A stretch of 64,000 nt of DNA, taken from contig JBHHXN010000009.1 in assembly GCA_046757025.1 (NCBI GenBank), positions 1 to 64,000 of the forward strand, read 5' to 3'. This DNA is from a bacterium. Lineage in GTDB: Bacteria; Zhuqueibacterota; Zhuqueibacteria; Oceanimicrobiales; Oceanimicrobiaceae. Under the pieces are notes generated by a model. It saw only the letters and a program-made list of their open reading frames with translations. It was not told the origin of the DNA and did not search any database. Position numbers and translations under genes: made by a program. Numbering within the stretch: position 1 is the first letter of the stretch; each line of letters opens with the position of its first letter. This document shows positions 42,784-54,058 of this stretch, in pieces.

Positions 42784-45624
42784 ATGTCAGGTAAAATCAT
42801 CATAAAAGGTGCCAGAGAGCACAATTTAAGAAATATAGATATTGAAATTCCTCGGGATAAGCTGGTGGTTATCACCGGCATTTCGGGGTCCGGCAAATCG
42901 TCACTGGCATTTGACACGATTTATGCGGAAGGGCAAAGACGCTACGTAGAGTCGTTATCCGCGTATGCCCGGCAATTTCTGGGTTTGATGGAAAAGCCCG
43001 ATGTGGATTACATAGAAGGGTTATCGCCGGCCATTTCCATCGAGCAACGAAAAGCCAGCCAAAATCCCCGCTCCACAGTGGGAACGGTTACCGAAATTTA
43101 TGACTATTTGCGATTGCTTTTCGCTCGCATCGGCAAACCGTACTGCTATAATTGCGGCAAACCCATTCAACGGCAGACGGTGCAGCAAATTGTAGATAAC
43201 GTGCTCGAACTGCCGCCGGGTACCAGAATTCAAGTGCTGGCGCCCATCATTCGCGGCCGCAAGGGAGAATATCGCGAGGTGTTTGAAGAAGCGCGCCGGG
43301 ATGGATTCGTGCGCGTGCGCGTGGACGGCACCATTTACGAATTGTCCACAGACATAAAGATAGAGAAAAATAAAAAGCACGATATCGCGATCATCGTCGA
43401 TCGCCTGGTGGTGGATCCGAAAATCGACCGGCGATTGGCGGATTCGCTGGAGACCGCCCTGGGCATCGCCTCCGGTCTGGTTTTGATAGATGTTTTGAAT
43501 GGCACCGGCAAAGAATCCGGCCGAGAGTTGTTTTTTAGCGAACACTTTGCCTGTGTGGATTGCGGTATCTCGTACGAAGAACTGGCGCCGCGTATGTTTT
43601 CCTTTAACAGCCCTTACGGCGCATGTCCGGAATGCAACGGTTTGGGCACGAAAATGGAAGTGGATCCCGATCTGGTGGTCAGCAATCCGGCCCTGACTTT
43701 GCGGGAAGGCGCGGTGGCGCCCATCGGTGAAAGTCGCAATGGTTGGTATTTTAATCAACTGCAATCGGTGGCAGCACATTACGGTTTTGATCTCGACACG
43801 CCCTGGGAAAAATTGCCTTCTGAACATCAAAACATCATTTTGAAAGGCTCAAATGGCGAAGAAATCAAATTCATTTATAAGCGGGAGTCGAGAAAGGTTC
43901 ACGCGGAGTTCACCTCAAAATACGAGGGGGTGATCCACAATTTAGAGCGGCGTTACAAACAAACCGAATCCCAGCATATCCGAAACTGGATTGAAGATTT
44001 TATGAATGTAAAATTCTGCCCTGCCTGCCAGGGAGCGCGTTTGCGAAAAGAAGCCCTGTCTGTCCGCATCGGCGATAAAAATATTCAAAAGTTAACCGCG
44101 CTTTCCATACGGCAAGCGTTTGATTTTTTTGCAAAATTAAAATTAAACCGGCGCGAACAAACCATCGCCCGTCAAATTTTAAAAGAGATTCGGGAACGAC
44201 TGGGATTTTTAGTAAATGTGGGATTGGACTATCTTACGCTCGACCGCAGCGCCGGCACCCTCTCCGGCGGTGAAGCTCAACGCATTCGATTAGCCACCCA
44301 GGTGGGCTCGCAGTTGGTGGGGGTGCTTTACATTCTTGATGAGCCCTCCATCGGTTTGCACCAGCGCGACAATCAGCGCTTGCTGGACACATTGCTGCGG
44401 TTGCGCGATCTCGGAAACACGGTTCTGGTGGTGGAGCACGACCGCGAAACCATTGAAAAAGCCGATTACGTCATCGATTTGGGGCCGGGCGCCGGCGTAC
44501 ACGGCGGTCAGGTGGTGGCCACGGGCAAACCCGAACAGATAATCAATAATCCCGCTTCTCTCACCGGCCAGTATCTTTCCCACAAGAAAATGATACCTAC
44601 GCCCCCAAAGCGCCGAACTAGCAACAAAAAATTCATCACCTTAAAGGGCGCCGCCGGCAACAATCTGAAAAAAGTGGATGTAAAAATTCCATTGGGTGTG
44701 TTTAACTGCGTAACCGGCGTCTCGGGTTCTGGTAAAAGTACGCTCATAAACGAAACCCTTTACCGAATTCTGTCGAGAAAGTTTTACAAAAGCAAAACCG
44801 CGCCCTTGCCGTATGAATCCATCACAGGCTTGGAATTCATCGACAAGGTCATCGACATCGATCAGTCGCCCATCGGCAGGACGCCGCGCTCCAATCCAGC
44901 AACCTACACCGGATTATTCAATTACATCCGCGATCTGTTTGCTCAGCTTCCTGAAGCAAAAATTCGTGGTTACAAACCCGGACGTTTCAGTTTTAATGTC
45001 AAAGGCGGACGTTGTGAAGCGTGCCAGGGAGACGGCCTCATCAAAATCGAGATGCACTTCCTACCAGACGTTTATGTGCATTGCGAGGTTTGTAAAGGCA
45101 AACGCTACAACCGAGAAACTCTGGAAATTAAGTATAAGGGCAAATCCATCGCGCAAGTGTTGGACATGACCGTTAGCGAAGCGCTGAGCTTTTTTGAAAA
45201 CATCCCGCGAATAAAAAGAAAGCTGCAAACGCTTTTTGACGTCGGCCTTGGGTATATCCACCTGGGCCAACAGGCCACCACGTTGTCGGGCGGTGAAGCC
45301 CAGAGAGTGAAACTTTCCACCGAACTCTCAAAAGTCAGCACCAGCCAGACTCTGTACATTTTGGACGAGCCCACAACCGGCCTCCATTTTGAAGACATCA
45401 AAATGCTGTTGAGCGTGCTGAATAAATTGGTGGACAAAGGCAATACCGTCATCGTCATCGAGCACAATTTGGACGTCATAAAAACGGCCGATCACATCGT
45501 CGATTTGGGTCCGGAGGGCGGCGACGAAGGTGGACGCATTATCGCAGCCGGCAGTCCGGAAAAAGTGGCGAAATCAGAGAAATCTTACACTGGTCAATTC
45601 CTGCGGGACGAATTAGGCGTTTAG
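42784..45624 (+). CDS. uvrA: Excinuclease ABC subunit A
   Basis: Two ABC domains ([18 protein letters not shown]), zinc fingers, LSGGEAQR twice. Confidence 0.99.
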   Translation: MSGKIIIKGAREHNLRNIDIEIPRDKLVVITGISGSGKSSLAFDTIYAEGQRRYVESLSAYARQFLGLMEKPDVDYIEGLSPAISIEQRKASQNPRSTVGTVTEIYDYLRLLFARIGKPYCYNCGKPIQRQTVQQIVDNVLELPPGTRIQVLAPIIRGRKGEYREVFEEARRDGFVRVRVDGTIYELSTDIKIEKNKKHDIAIIVDRLVVDPKIDRRLADSLETALGIASGLVLIDVLNGTGKESGRELFFSEHFACVDCGISYEELAPRMFSFNSPYGACPECNGLGTKMEVDPDLVVSNPALTLREGAVAPIGESRNGWYFNQLQSVAAHYGFDLDTPWEKLPSEHQNIILKGSNGEEIKFIYKRESRKVHAEFTSKYEGVIHNLERRYKQTESQHIRNWIEDFMNVKFCPACQGARLRKEALSVRIGDKNIQKLTALSIRQAFDFFAKLKLNRREQTIARQILKEIRERLGFLVNVGLDYLTLDRSAGTLSGGEAQRIRLATQVGSQLVGVLYILDEPSIGLHQRDNQRLLDTLLRLRDLGNTVLVVEHDRETIEKADYVIDLGPGAGVHGGQVVATGKPEQIINNPASLTGQYLSHKKMIPTPPKRRTSNKKFITLKGAAGNNLKKVDVKIPLGVFNCVTGVSGSGKSTLINETLYRILSRKFYKSKTAPLPYESITGLEFIDKVIDIDQSPIGRTPRSNPATYTGLFNYIRDLFAQLPEAKIRGYKPGRFSFNVKGGRCEACQGDGLIKIEMHFLPDVYVHCEVCKGKRYNRETLEIKYKGKSIAQVLDMTVSEALSFFENIPRIKRKLQTLFDVGLGYIHLGQQATTLSGGEAQRVKLSTELSKVSTSQTLYILDEPTTGLHFEDIKMLLSVLNKLVDKGNTVIVIEHNLDVIKTADHIVDLGPEGGDEGGRIIAAGSPEKVAKSEKSYTGQFLRDELGV

Positions 45625-45723
45625 CGCTAAACAAAAACAAATTTTTGTCGAGAGGTTTAGACGTCGGCTGTGAGAAATCGAAGAGCTCGACATTGATATT
45701 AAATTGCATAATGACAAAAAATC

Positions 45724-46911
45724 ATGCCCACTGAAAAGTTTGACAAATTAAAAGACCAGATCAAGAGCATCAAATCTACGGGATTGCTTACAAAGCGGAA
45801 GCATAAAATTGCCTTGTGTCTGGCTGGCGGCGGCATTACCGGCTCCATGTATGAGGTTGGCTGTTTAACGGCGATGGACGATTTTTTCGAACCGCCTTCC
45901 TGTGTCAATCAATTTGATATTTTTGTGGGAACCAGTGCGGGGGCCATCATTTCTGCGCTCATCGCCAATGGTTATCAACCGCGGGAATTGTTCGAAGGCA
46001 TCACACAGGATTCCGACACGGGTTTTAATTTTAGAAAAAAAAATATCTACACTTTGAAATGGGGGGAAATATTCAAAGCGTTCGTGCCACTGTTCAAAAG
46101 ATTTTTTAGCCTGGTTAAATATGGCTGGAAAAATCGTAAACAAGCTTCGCTCATGGATTTGTTTTCGATCATGCAGGAATTCATGCCGCCCGGAATTTTT
46201 TCATTGAGCAATTTGGATAAATTTGTGGCGGGCCTGTGCTACCCTGAAGGCAAAACCAACGATTTTCGCAATCTGGAAAAAGAATTGTACATCACGGCCA
46301 CCGATCTGGATAGCGGTCAGCGCTGCGTGTTTGGAGAAGAAAACACCAATGACGTGCCTATTTCCAAAGCCGTGGCTGCTTCCGCCGCCATCCCCGTCTT
46401 TTTTCGCCCGTTCAACATCAACGGGCGGGAGTTTATTGACGGCTCCACCAGTAAGGTCTCCCACATCGATGTGGCCTTAAAACATGGCGCCAGATTGATC
46501 ATCGTCATCAATCCCACGGTGCCGTTTGAAAACGATTTGAGTATGGTCTGTTTACCTACCTTTGATGGAGAATGCGCCCGCCTCTCTCAAAAAGGCATGG
46601 GATTCATCAGCGATCAGGCACGCAGAATTGAAACCAAAACCCGTTTTGACCTGGGCTTCGAGCGGTTTAAAAACGATCATCCGGAAGTGGATTTTCTGGT
46701 CATCCAGCCCAAATCTTCCGACTCGCTTCTGTTCATCCGCAGTGTAATGGATTTTGAATCCAGAAAAATCGTTCTCAATTATGGCTATAACTCAACCATG
46801 AATTTTCTTGAGGAAAATTTTGAGACGGTGCAAGCGGTTTTTGAAAAACACGGGATTAAAATCAATTCTGACCGATTGAAAAATAAATTGGAATCTCAGC
46901 AGAAAGCGTAA
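45724..46911 (+). CDS. Patatin-like phospholipase/esterase
   Basis: LAGGGITG, GTSAG (catalytic Ser) and DGS (catalytic Asp). Confidence 0.9.
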   Translation: MPTEKFDKLKDQIKSIKSTGLLTKRKHKIALCLAGGGITGSMYEVGCLTAMDDFFEPPSCVNQFDIFVGTSAGAIISALIANGYQPRELFEGITQDSDTGFNFRKKNIYTLKWGEIFKAFVPLFKRFFSLVKYGWKNRKQASLMDLFSIMQEFMPPGIFSLSNLDKFVAGLCYPEGKTNDFRNLEKELYITATDLDSGQRCVFGEENTNDVPISKAVAASAAIPVFFRPFNINGREFIDGSTSKVSHIDVALKHGARLIIVINPTVPFENDLSMVCLPTFDGECARLSQKGMGFISDQARRIETKTRFDLGFERFKNDHPEVDFLVIQPKSSDSLLFIRSVMDFESRKIVLNYGYNSTMNFLEENFETVQAVFEKHGIKINSDRLKNKLESQQKA

Positions 46912-46931
46912 GATGAATTCTTCGCGAAGGC

Positions 46932-46966
46932 AAAAAAATGGCCAGTATCGCATGCGAATACTGGCC
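46932..46966 (-). terminator. Rho-independent terminator between convergent genes
   Basis: ggccagtat...atactggcc hairpin with an A-tract (U-tract on the minus strand). Confidence 0.7.
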
Positions 46967-47065
46967 TCCCCCTAATCCCGGTATGAAGTAAATAACACGT
47001 AGTTAGATTACTTATACGCTTCCAAGTTGTCTGTGCTAGATGTGTGTGAGGATTAAGGAAATTTA

Positions 47066-47440
47066 TTAAGCCGCGGCGGCTAATTTTTTTACATTGGTTA
47101 TCAAACTTTTGTTTTTTATGGGTCGATATAAGACCTCGTCTGCACCATTTTGTTGAATTTCTATTTCCTTTTCCCGGTCTTTCGTGTCTAAAATCGTAAC
47201 CACTTTCAAGTCATGATATTTTCGTTTTACTTTTTTGATGAAGTCAATCCCGGTTTTGCCGTTGTTTTTGAAGTGGTTTAAATTGTAGTCCATGAGCAAA
47301 ATCTCAGGTCGGATTTTTCTGAGCATATACATGGCGGATTCCACGTTTTCAGCGATTTCCACTCGATAGACATCACAAAGAGCCAAGTAAATTTGCATTT
47401 GTGAGCCGAGTTCCTCATTCAGCATGATGATCGTCGTCAT
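47066..47440 (-). CDS. Single-domain response regulator (atypical receiver)
   Basis: REC pattern PEILLMD, TGIDF, GADEVLYRP. Confidence 0.8.
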   Translation of the reverse strand: MTTIIMLNEELGSQMQIYLALCDVYRVEIAENVESAMYMLRKIRPEILLMDYNLNHFKNNGKTGIDFIKKVKRKYHDLKVVTILDTKDREKEIEIQQNGADEVLYRPIKNKSLITNVKKLAAAA

Positions 47441-47676
47441 AAAAATTGAATTTTTACCAGAGTTGCAGTTTCGGAGACGTTCAATTTTTTAACTTTAAAG
47501 TAGATTCAATTTGTTAATTTTGCGTAAAAACAAAAATGTAAAATGTAGAAAAAAAACACTCCATGTTGAATGGCGTGGGGAAAAAGGAAAAATCAGAATG
47601 GATTTAAATGAACGGGTGGCGATGCGGCTAAATTCAATAGTAAAAGATAATTGAAATAATGAGCGGCCGTCTGTAA

Positions 47677-48447
47677 TCAGTCTGTTTGGGTGAAGCGAAA
47701 AAAGAACTTGAATCCGTAGTAAGTGGCCCCGGCAGCAATTACCAGCACGGTAGGATGTATGTGACCATTCCAACTATACCAGTTGATTTTTTCGGGATCG
47801 GTATTGGATAAAATCAGGGCAAATCCGTTGTTGAACATGTGCAGGATGATGCCGGGAACAATGCTGTTGCTGCGCCAAGCCATCAATCCAAGAAGGACGC
47901 CTAAAAGCAAGACTTGAATTAACCAGGGGGTCAGGTGCAGGAAGGCGAAAATCAGCGCGGTAAAAAAAATGGCGTGAATAAATTCCATGCGGTTTTCAAA
48001 GGCTTTTTGCAGAAGCCCGCGAAAAAGCATTTCCTCGAAAAGACTGGCTACAATCACGGCCGACAAAAATAGCACAACGCCATCGAACAGGCTTTCGATG
48101 GTTAAAATTTCAGTGAGGAATTCTTCAAGCTCTGGCGGTATTTGAATAAATGAGCTGATGATGCGGTCGATTTCCGCGGATAAAATCGTGACCGAGCAGC
48201 CCAAGACTAGACTGACAAGCAACAGATTCCGACTGATTTTATTGAAACGAAAAGCGGTTTTTAAGGAGTATTTTTTAACATGTAGAAAAACCAACGTCGG
48301 CATAATGATAAAAAGTTCACCCAGAAAAAATTGCAGCTTGGGCAAATAAACCGAAGATATCCACGTGACTAGGCCGGCTAACAAATAACTCAGAATCAGG
48401 AGCGTGATCGCGCTTCTTAAAGTAGGGTGCCTTGTTTCGTCTTGCAT
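47677..48447 (-). CDS. CPBP/Abi family intramembrane glutamic endopeptidase
   Basis: EEMLFRG, FAFLH and HMFNN motifs. Confidence 0.9.
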   Translation of the reverse strand: MQDETRHPTLRSAITLLILSYLLAGLVTWISSVYLPKLQFFLGELFIIMPTLVFLHVKKYSLKTAFRFNKISRNLLLVSLVLGCSVTILSAEIDRIISSFIQIPPELEEFLTEILTIESLFDGVVLFLSAVIVASLFEEMLFRGLLQKAFENRMEFIHAIFFTALIFAFLHLTPWLIQVLLLGVLLGLMAWRSNSIVPGIILHMFNNGFALILSNTDPEKINWYSWNGHIHPTVLVIAAGATYYGFKFFFRFTQTD

Positions 48448-48456
48448 ATAATTTGT

Positions 48457-49245
48457 TTAATTGAGGTTTTTTTTGAAGGTCATTTTTTCCATGATGATGC
48501 CAGCAGCTACAGCCACATTTAGTGAATCTCCCGTTCCATGTTTGGGAATTTTAAGAGCGGCATCAGCAGCGGATTTGAGGTTGGCAGCCACGCCGTCGAT
48601 TTCATTTCCCAGAATCAGGACATTTTTTTTTGTAAAAATGGCATCTGAAAATAACGTGTGGCTGCCGGCGTCGGCAGCAAAGAGTTTGAAACCCTTTGCT
48701 TGCAAGGCGCTAAGCGATTCCGATAGATGCAAATTTTCAAAAATCGCCAGATGGAAAACCGCGCCCATGCTGGCCCGCAACACTTTTGGGTTAGTGACTT
48801 CTGCAGAATCCTTGCTCAGCAAAACGCCTGCTATTCCGAACCAGCTCGCACTGCGAATGATCGTACCTAAATTGCCGGGTTCACTGATGCGATCGAGGGC
48901 GATCAAATTTATTTCAGGCTGGTCAATGAATGGCGCCAAATCGAATGCTTTCTTCTGGGCCACACAAACGATGCCCTGAGAATGGACCGTTTCGGTCAGG
49001 TTGTTTAATTGGTTGATGTCAATCTCTGTGATCGGGACATGTTTCTCTTGAAATTTGCTCAGCAATTTGTGTGCGCGTTCAGAATGGCACCTATCGGGAC
49101 AGTAAATTAACACCTCTGCAACATAGTCGGAGTCAAGCAATTCTTCACACAATCTTAATCCTTCAACCAGAAATCTGTTTTCGTGTACGCGATTTTTTTT
49201 TCGTTTCAGGGAAGCAAAATATTTTAATTTATTTTTTGAGAGCAC
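48457..49245 (-). CDS. TrmH/SpoU family RNA 2'-O-methyltransferase
   Basis: PGNLGTIIRS, RASMGA, GNEIDG and SLNVAVAAGI. Confidence 0.92.
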   Translation of the reverse strand: MLSKNKLKYFASLKRKKNRVHENRFLVEGLRLCEELLDSDYVAEVLIYCPDRCHSERAHKLLSKFQEKHVPITEIDINQLNNLTETVHSQGIVCVAQKKAFDLAPFIDQPEINLIALDRISEPGNLGTIIRSASWFGIAGVLLSKDSAEVTNPKVLRASMGAVFHLAIFENLHLSESLSALQAKGFKLFAADAGSHTLFSDAIFTKKNVLILGNEIDGVAANLKSAADAALKIPKHGTGDSLNVAVAAGIIMEKMTFKKNLN

Positions 49246-49311
49246 AATTTTAAAGTTGGGTCAGAATAGACGGAAAAAATGACAGGTTGGATTTAGTGAA
49301 AATGGCACGCG

Positions 49312-49782
49312 TTAACTCACAAAATATTTTTCCTCTTCGGAAGAAATGACATCGATCATTTCTTTGGGCTGTTCCGTTTTAATTAACCGTTCTCTGAAAT
49401 CTTTTTTGTGCATCAATCGAGAAATTCTACTCAACGCTTTTAAATGCGGTCCGGTTTTATCCTGCGGACCCACCAGCAACCAGACCAGGCGAACGGGTTT
49501 GTCGTCTAAAGAATTAAAATCCACGGGTTCTTTGGTGATGCCGAGAGCGGCAATGATATCGGTGAGTCCTTCCGATTTTCCATGGGGGATGGCTACTTCG
49601 TCTCCCACACCCGTGCTCATGACCGCTTCACGATCTAATACAGCTTTCAATACTTGATTTTTGTTTTCCAACGGCAATGAATTATCGATGAGGTTAACCA
49701 TTTCTTCGATTATTTTTTCTTTTTCAGTATTTTCGAGCGGAATCTTAACGCGTTCTTCGGATAGGATTTCTTTCAATCTCAT
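49312..49782 (-). CDS. PTS EIIA-type protein (PtsN/fructose family)
   Basis: RE..MSTGVG..VAIPHG (phospho-His) and HLKALSRISRL. Confidence 0.9.
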   Translation of the reverse strand: MRLKEILSEERVKIPLENTEKEKIIEEMVNLIDNSLPLENKNQVLKAVLDREAVMSTGVGDEVAIPHGKSEGLTDIIAALGITKEPVDFNSLDDKPVRLVWLLVGPQDKTGPHLKALSRISRLMHKKDFRERLIKTEQPKEMIDVISSEEEKYFVS

Positions 49783-49924
49783 GGTGAAATAAACCTCAGG
49801 ATGCCTCATTTGTGGGGCGCACTTTGTACAATGGGATGATCCATCTCATATTTAAATCATCGTTAATATAAGATATTATCTTAATTTTACAAGTACTATT
49901 TTAGAATTTGTCGGCGGTATTTGC

Positions 49925-49963
49925 AAAAAAAAAGCCATTACAAAAACAATAATTATAATGGCT
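49925..49963 (-). terminator. Terminator after tRNA-Asp
   Basis: aagccatta...taatggctt hairpin with a long U-tract on the minus strand. Confidence 0.7.
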
Positions 49964-49980
49964 TAATTCCTTCTACGGAG

Positions 49981-50055
49981 CGGGGCCGACGGGATTTGAA
50001 CCCGCGATCTCCGGCTTGACAGGCCGGCGTGTTAACCAGGCTACACCACGGCCCC
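49981..50055 (-). tRNA. tRNA-Asp(GTC), CCA not encoded
   Basis: Reverse complement GGGGCCGTGGTGTAGCCTGGTTAACACGCCGGCCTGTCAAGCCGGAGATCGCGGGTTCAAATCCCGTCGGCCCCG forms a cloverleaf with anticodon GTC. Confidence 0.97.
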
Positions 50056-50058
50056 TAT

Positions 50059-50328
50059 TCAATGAGGACTCGGTTCATTTGATTTGTGTTTCCCTTTGTA
50101 CATGATGGCAAAAGGGATGACGACACAATAGGCGATGACCAACAAGATAGGCGCCAGAGTGAGGGATAAAAATCCATTTACCGGACCCTGAGCCAAAGCC
50201 CAATAGCCAACCAACAGCAACAGAATACCTGCGCCAAATATTTGATAATTAACTTTGGAATAGGGCAGCTCGGATTTGGCTTTTATCTTGCGTTTGTATC
50301 TATTTTTTTTGGCTGATTTTTCGGCCAT
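50059..50328 (-). CDS. Small membrane protein (DUF3098-like)
   Basis: NYQIFGAGILLLLVGY...SLTLAPILLVIAY..IPFAIM two-TM pattern. Confidence 0.75.
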   Translation of the reverse strand: MAEKSAKKNRYKRKIKAKSELPYSKVNYQIFGAGILLLLVGYWALAQGPVNGFLSLTLAPILLVIAYCVVIPFAIMYKGKHKSNEPSPH

Positions 50329-50574
50329 AGTATCCTCAATTCAACGACCAGCAATATAGTCAAAATATCCTACAGAGTCAAGTGAAATATCGTGACCGAT
50401 AGGATATTTGTCAATTAAATCACGAAGCTTTCCCGACTTTTTTACCTTTGTTAAAAAACATCCGTGTTCCCAGTTAGAGCGTGAATTTTTGAGACCCGAC
50501 ACTTTTCCTTTGACATTTCTTTAATATTTTTATATATTTTAAGTCCTTCTGAAGTCAATCATGAAATAATCGAA

Positions 50575-52827
50575 ATGAAGCCGCAATTTAATCTAATACT
50601 TGCTTTGCTGGTATTAGCTTTCAACACCGCTGGCCTGGCTGAATTTAAAAAGAAAGCGAAGAAGAAAAGCAAGAACGTCGCTTTTGAGATCAATCTCAAA
50701 GAGAATGGCCGCGCACCACTATTAGACGGCATCCTCAGTAAGAATGAATGGCGGCATGCATCCGTGGTTTACAATTTCACGCAAAAAGAACCGAATGAAG
50801 GCCAACCGGTTTCGGAGCCCACCTTTATTTTGGTTACTTACGACAAAAAACATATCTACTTCGGCATTCGCTGTTTCGATAAAGAGCCCGACAAAATTGT
50901 TTCCAATGAGATGCGGCGGGATTCGGATCTGTCGGACAACGACTACATCGAAATTCTCATCGACACGTATCACGATCAGAGGAACGCCTACTATTTCGCT
51001 ACCAACTCCTCCGGCGCACGTCTGGATTCTGAAATCAAAACCGAAGGGACGCATATCAACTGGGACTGGGACGGCGTCTGGTATAGCGCCGCCAGAAAAG
51101 ACCAGTTTGGCTGGACCGCAGAGGTAGCGATTCCTTTTAAAACTCTGCGCTTTGATAAAAAAAATACCCAAACCTGGGGCATTAATTTCGGCCGGTATAT
51201 TCCGCGAAAACGAGAACAAGCCTACTGGTCGCCTATTACTCGCGATGATGACTTCGATGATTCGGGAAAATTTAAAGCTTCGAAGTTTGGCGTTTTGAAT
51301 GGCCTGAAAAATATTAAGCAAGACCAGCATGTGCAGATTAAACCCTACTCCATCGGCGGGGTGGAAAAAAATTATGACAAAGGTACGCCGGTTGAAAAAC
51401 TCGCCGATATCGGTTTGGATGCCAAAATCCACCTGACGTCAAACATCGTCTCTGACATCACTCTCAATACGGACTTTGCGCAGGTTGAAGCCGATAACGA
51501 GCGGGTCAATATTTCGCGGTTCAACTTATTTTTTCCAGAAAAACGCGATTTTTTTCTCGAAGGTTTGGATATATTCAAAATCGGGGAAGAAACCACCACA
51601 GATCTGTTCACTTTGCTTTTCTACAGCCGTCAAATCGGTCTGCACACCGATAGCGAAAGCTTTGAAACCAGAGAAGTGCCGATCATGGGCGGCGTGAAAA
51701 TGACCGGCAAAGAGGGCGGGTTTGAGCTGGGGCTGCTGAACGTCTTTACCAACGATTTAGAGTACACTAACCGTTACGGTACTCCCAGGTCGATTCCCAA
51801 AACCAATTATTCTGCCTTTCGACTTAAAAGAGACATTTTCAGCCGCTCGCACATCGGGGTGATGGGGCTCAGCAGGGATCCCGTGAAAGGGGGAAATTAC
51901 AACCGCACGTTTGCGGTCGATGCGGTGTTTGCGTTTGACAACAACCTCAACATTAACGGCTATCTGGCAAAAACGTTGACTCCGGGCTTGAAAGGCAAAG
52001 ATTACAACGGATTCGTTAACTTTTCCTGGGGCAACGACAAGTTTTTTACCAGCGCTTCTTATACAGACATCGGGGAAAACTTCAACCCGGAGATGGGGTT
52101 TCTACAATGGACCGATATTCGAAAAATTCACGGCCAGGTTTTTATCAGTCCGAGGCCGAAATTTTTCAATCTCCGCCAGACGCATTTTACCAATGATTTT
52201 GAAATCATCACCGACCACAACAATGTGGTGCAATATCGCACATTCAATACTGGCCTGGTGAATATTTTTCAGAACGAGTCTTATTTTTTTCTGGGCTATA
52301 CCAATTTTTACGATAATATTCCCGGCGATGGTTTTTTTCTTGAATCGGCTTTTGTGCCCGCCGGAATTTACAATTACAATACGTTTGCCGTGCTGTACAG
52401 CTCGGATCTCAGTCGAAGGTTTTCCGGTTCCATCACTGTGGGCGGAGGCACGCTTTACGATGGAAAATTTGCCACCGTGCTTCTGGCCAATTATTTTAAT
52501 CCAAACGATAAGTTCAAAGTGGAGGCGAATTGGGAGTGGAACCGCATCGAATTACCAGCCAATGATGTTTCGGCAGATGGAAATTTTTCAACCTCCATTC
52601 TCCGATTTCGAACCATTTATTCTTTTACGCCGAATTTGTTTGCCAAAGCATTTATTCAGTGGAATCATTTTGACAACCGAATCATCGGCAACTTTTTGCT
52701 GAATTTTATTCATTCACCGGGAAGCGATTTTTATCTGGTTTACAATCAGGAATGGAATACAGACGGAAAAATTGAAACGACCAATCGAACGGTCCTGGCA
52801 AAGTTGACTTATCTGCTCAATTTGTAG
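50575..52827 (+). CDS. CBM9-like sugar-binding domain plus DUF5916 outer-membrane protein
   Basis: LDGILS..EW, WTAEVAIPFKTLRF, NTDFAQVEAD and EKRDFFLEG; C-terminal beta-barrel-like region. Confidence 0.85.
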   Translation: MKPQFNLILALLVLAFNTAGLAEFKKKAKKKSKNVAFEINLKENGRAPLLDGILSKNEWRHASVVYNFTQKEPNEGQPVSEPTFILVTYDKKHIYFGIRCFDKEPDKIVSNEMRRDSDLSDNDYIEILIDTYHDQRNAYYFATNSSGARLDSEIKTEGTHINWDWDGVWYSAARKDQFGWTAEVAIPFKTLRFDKKNTQTWGINFGRYIPRKREQAYWSPITRDDDFDDSGKFKASKFGVLNGLKNIKQDQHVQIKPYSIGGVEKNYDKGTPVEKLADIGLDAKIHLTSNIVSDITLNTDFAQVEADNERVNISRFNLFFPEKRDFFLEGLDIFKIGEETTTDLFTLLFYSRQIGLHTDSESFETREVPIMGGVKMTGKEGGFELGLLNVFTNDLEYTNRYGTPRSIPKTNYSAFRLKRDIFSRSHIGVMGLSRDPVKGGNYNRTFAVDAVFAFDNNLNINGYLAKTLTPGLKGKDYNGFVNFSWGNDKFFTSASYTDIGENFNPEMGFLQWTDIRKIHGQVFISPRPKFFNLRQTHFTNDFEIITDHNNVVQYRTFNTGLVNIFQNESYFFLGYTNFYDNIPGDGFFLESAFVPAGIYNYNTFAVLYSSDLSRRFSGSITVGGGTLYDGKFATVLLANYFNPNDKFKVEANWEWNRIELPANDVSADGNFSTSILRFRTIYSFTPNLFAKAFIQWNHFDNRIIGNFLLNFIHSPGSDFYLVYNQEWNTDGKIETTNRTVLAKLTYLLNL

Positions 52828-53336
52828 TCTGATTTTTATGATTTAGTTTTTGACTCCAATCTCAGTACGGGTTGGTGCTGAGAGGTTATGTTCACGAAAA
52901 AACATCATGGGTATTCGATAATAACAAAAACTTGAGGATGCCAGATTTTGGTCTTTTTTGGAATGATTTTTAAAAGACAACGCTTCTCGTCCGCGTACGG
53001 CCATTCACCCATTAATTCCTCTACTGAAGGTGTTTGAGGAGCGCAGTTGGTTTTTATTCGATGGGGGCGTTTTGTGTGTTTTTTTTCATGTGTTCGTGGT
53101 AAGTCAGCGGTCGTTGTTGAATTATTTGGCACGTTCTTTTTTTTAATCAGAAAAACTTTTATTTCTCCAGTAAATTTGACCATATTGGAACCCATTAAAA
53201 CATCACAGCAGGTTGCTTTCGCATGACATTTGGGGCACTCACTCCGGGTACTAACCTGACCGTTTTTTTTTATCAAAATGGTTTACCGCTTCTGATATCC
53301 ATTCTCCAAATCATTTCTTGCAATTATCTTTTTAAG

Positions 53337-54023
53337 ATGGCTCTATTTGTCCTTTCGGCGATTTTACTAGGGCAAATTTATTCCAAGCTTTCCAATATTC
53401 AGCTCATTGAAAAATGCACCCGGAAATCTCCCGATTGGGAAAATATTTGGATGGAATTTGAGCATCGATTCGGCAAAGCAATTTTGTTCTATCTTATCGG
53501 AGAATTTAAACGCCGGCAAGCCGGCAAATTCAGTTCAAAATTTAAGGACGTGGTAAAAGACCTGCGGCAAGATATTTACATCAAATTGTTGCAACGGGAA
53601 GGTCAAGGCCTGAAAAATTTCAAAGGGCAGAATGAAAATTCGTTTTACGAATATTTAAAAGCCATGGCAGTGAACACGGTCAAAAATTATATGAAACATC
53701 AAAACACGGAAAAAAGGGCGGCCACGGTTGTTTCTTTGGACGATCCGAAAAATATTGAGGTATCCAGTTATCAATCAAAAGGTCTGGAATCAGAAGATAA
53801 TCATGAATTGATATTGATTAAACAGAGCATGCTCCAGGTTTTGCGCGAACATTTTGCCGGGAAAAATGTTGAACGCGATCTCATGATATTTGAACAGTTT
53901 TATTTTGAAAATCGCACTTCAGAGGAGATAAATCTAAACGCGGATGTGAATCTTAAGCTGAGTGGCATTGAAACGGTGATAAATCGTATGAAACATACTC
54001 TCATAAAATATATGGATTTGTAA
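53337..54023 (+). CDS. ECF-type RNA polymerase sigma factor
   Basis: Region 2 (DLRQDIYIKLL...FYEYLKAMAVNTVKNY) and region 4 (RDLMIFEQFYFENRTSEEI...IETVINR); start uncertain, ORF is open from 53223. Confidence 0.78.
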   Translation: MALFVLSAILLGQIYSKLSNIQLIEKCTRKSPDWENIWMEFEHRFGKAILFYLIGEFKRRQAGKFSSKFKDVVKDLRQDIYIKLLQREGQGLKNFKGQNENSFYEYLKAMAVNTVKNYMKHQNTEKRAATVVSLDDPKNIEVSSYQSKGLESEDNHELILIKQSMLQVLREHFAGKNVERDLMIFEQFYFENRTSEEINLNADVNLKLSGIETVINRMKHTLIKYMDL

Positions 54024-54031
54024 TTTTTTTG

Positions 54032-54058
54032 GGAGTTTTTTCTCAAAAATGTTGTCTA
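54032..54058 (+). promoter_or_regulatory. Candidate ECF-type promoter GGAGTT-N16-GTCTA
   Basis: Resembles the RpoE-type GGAACTT-N16-GTCTA consensus; lies between the sigma and anti-sigma genes. Confidence 0.4.

Noticed and set aside
43021..43830. Long antisense ORFs (269 aa within uvrA, 236 aa within DUF5916, 200 aa within alsT and others)
   Set aside because: Shadow frames of well-supported genes, with no motifs
52905..53276. 123-aa minus-strand ORF, or its 35-aa tail MGEWPYADEK..., divergent from the ECF sigma
   Set aside because: No recognisable motif and low-complexity composition; cannot be supported as coding, though not excluded
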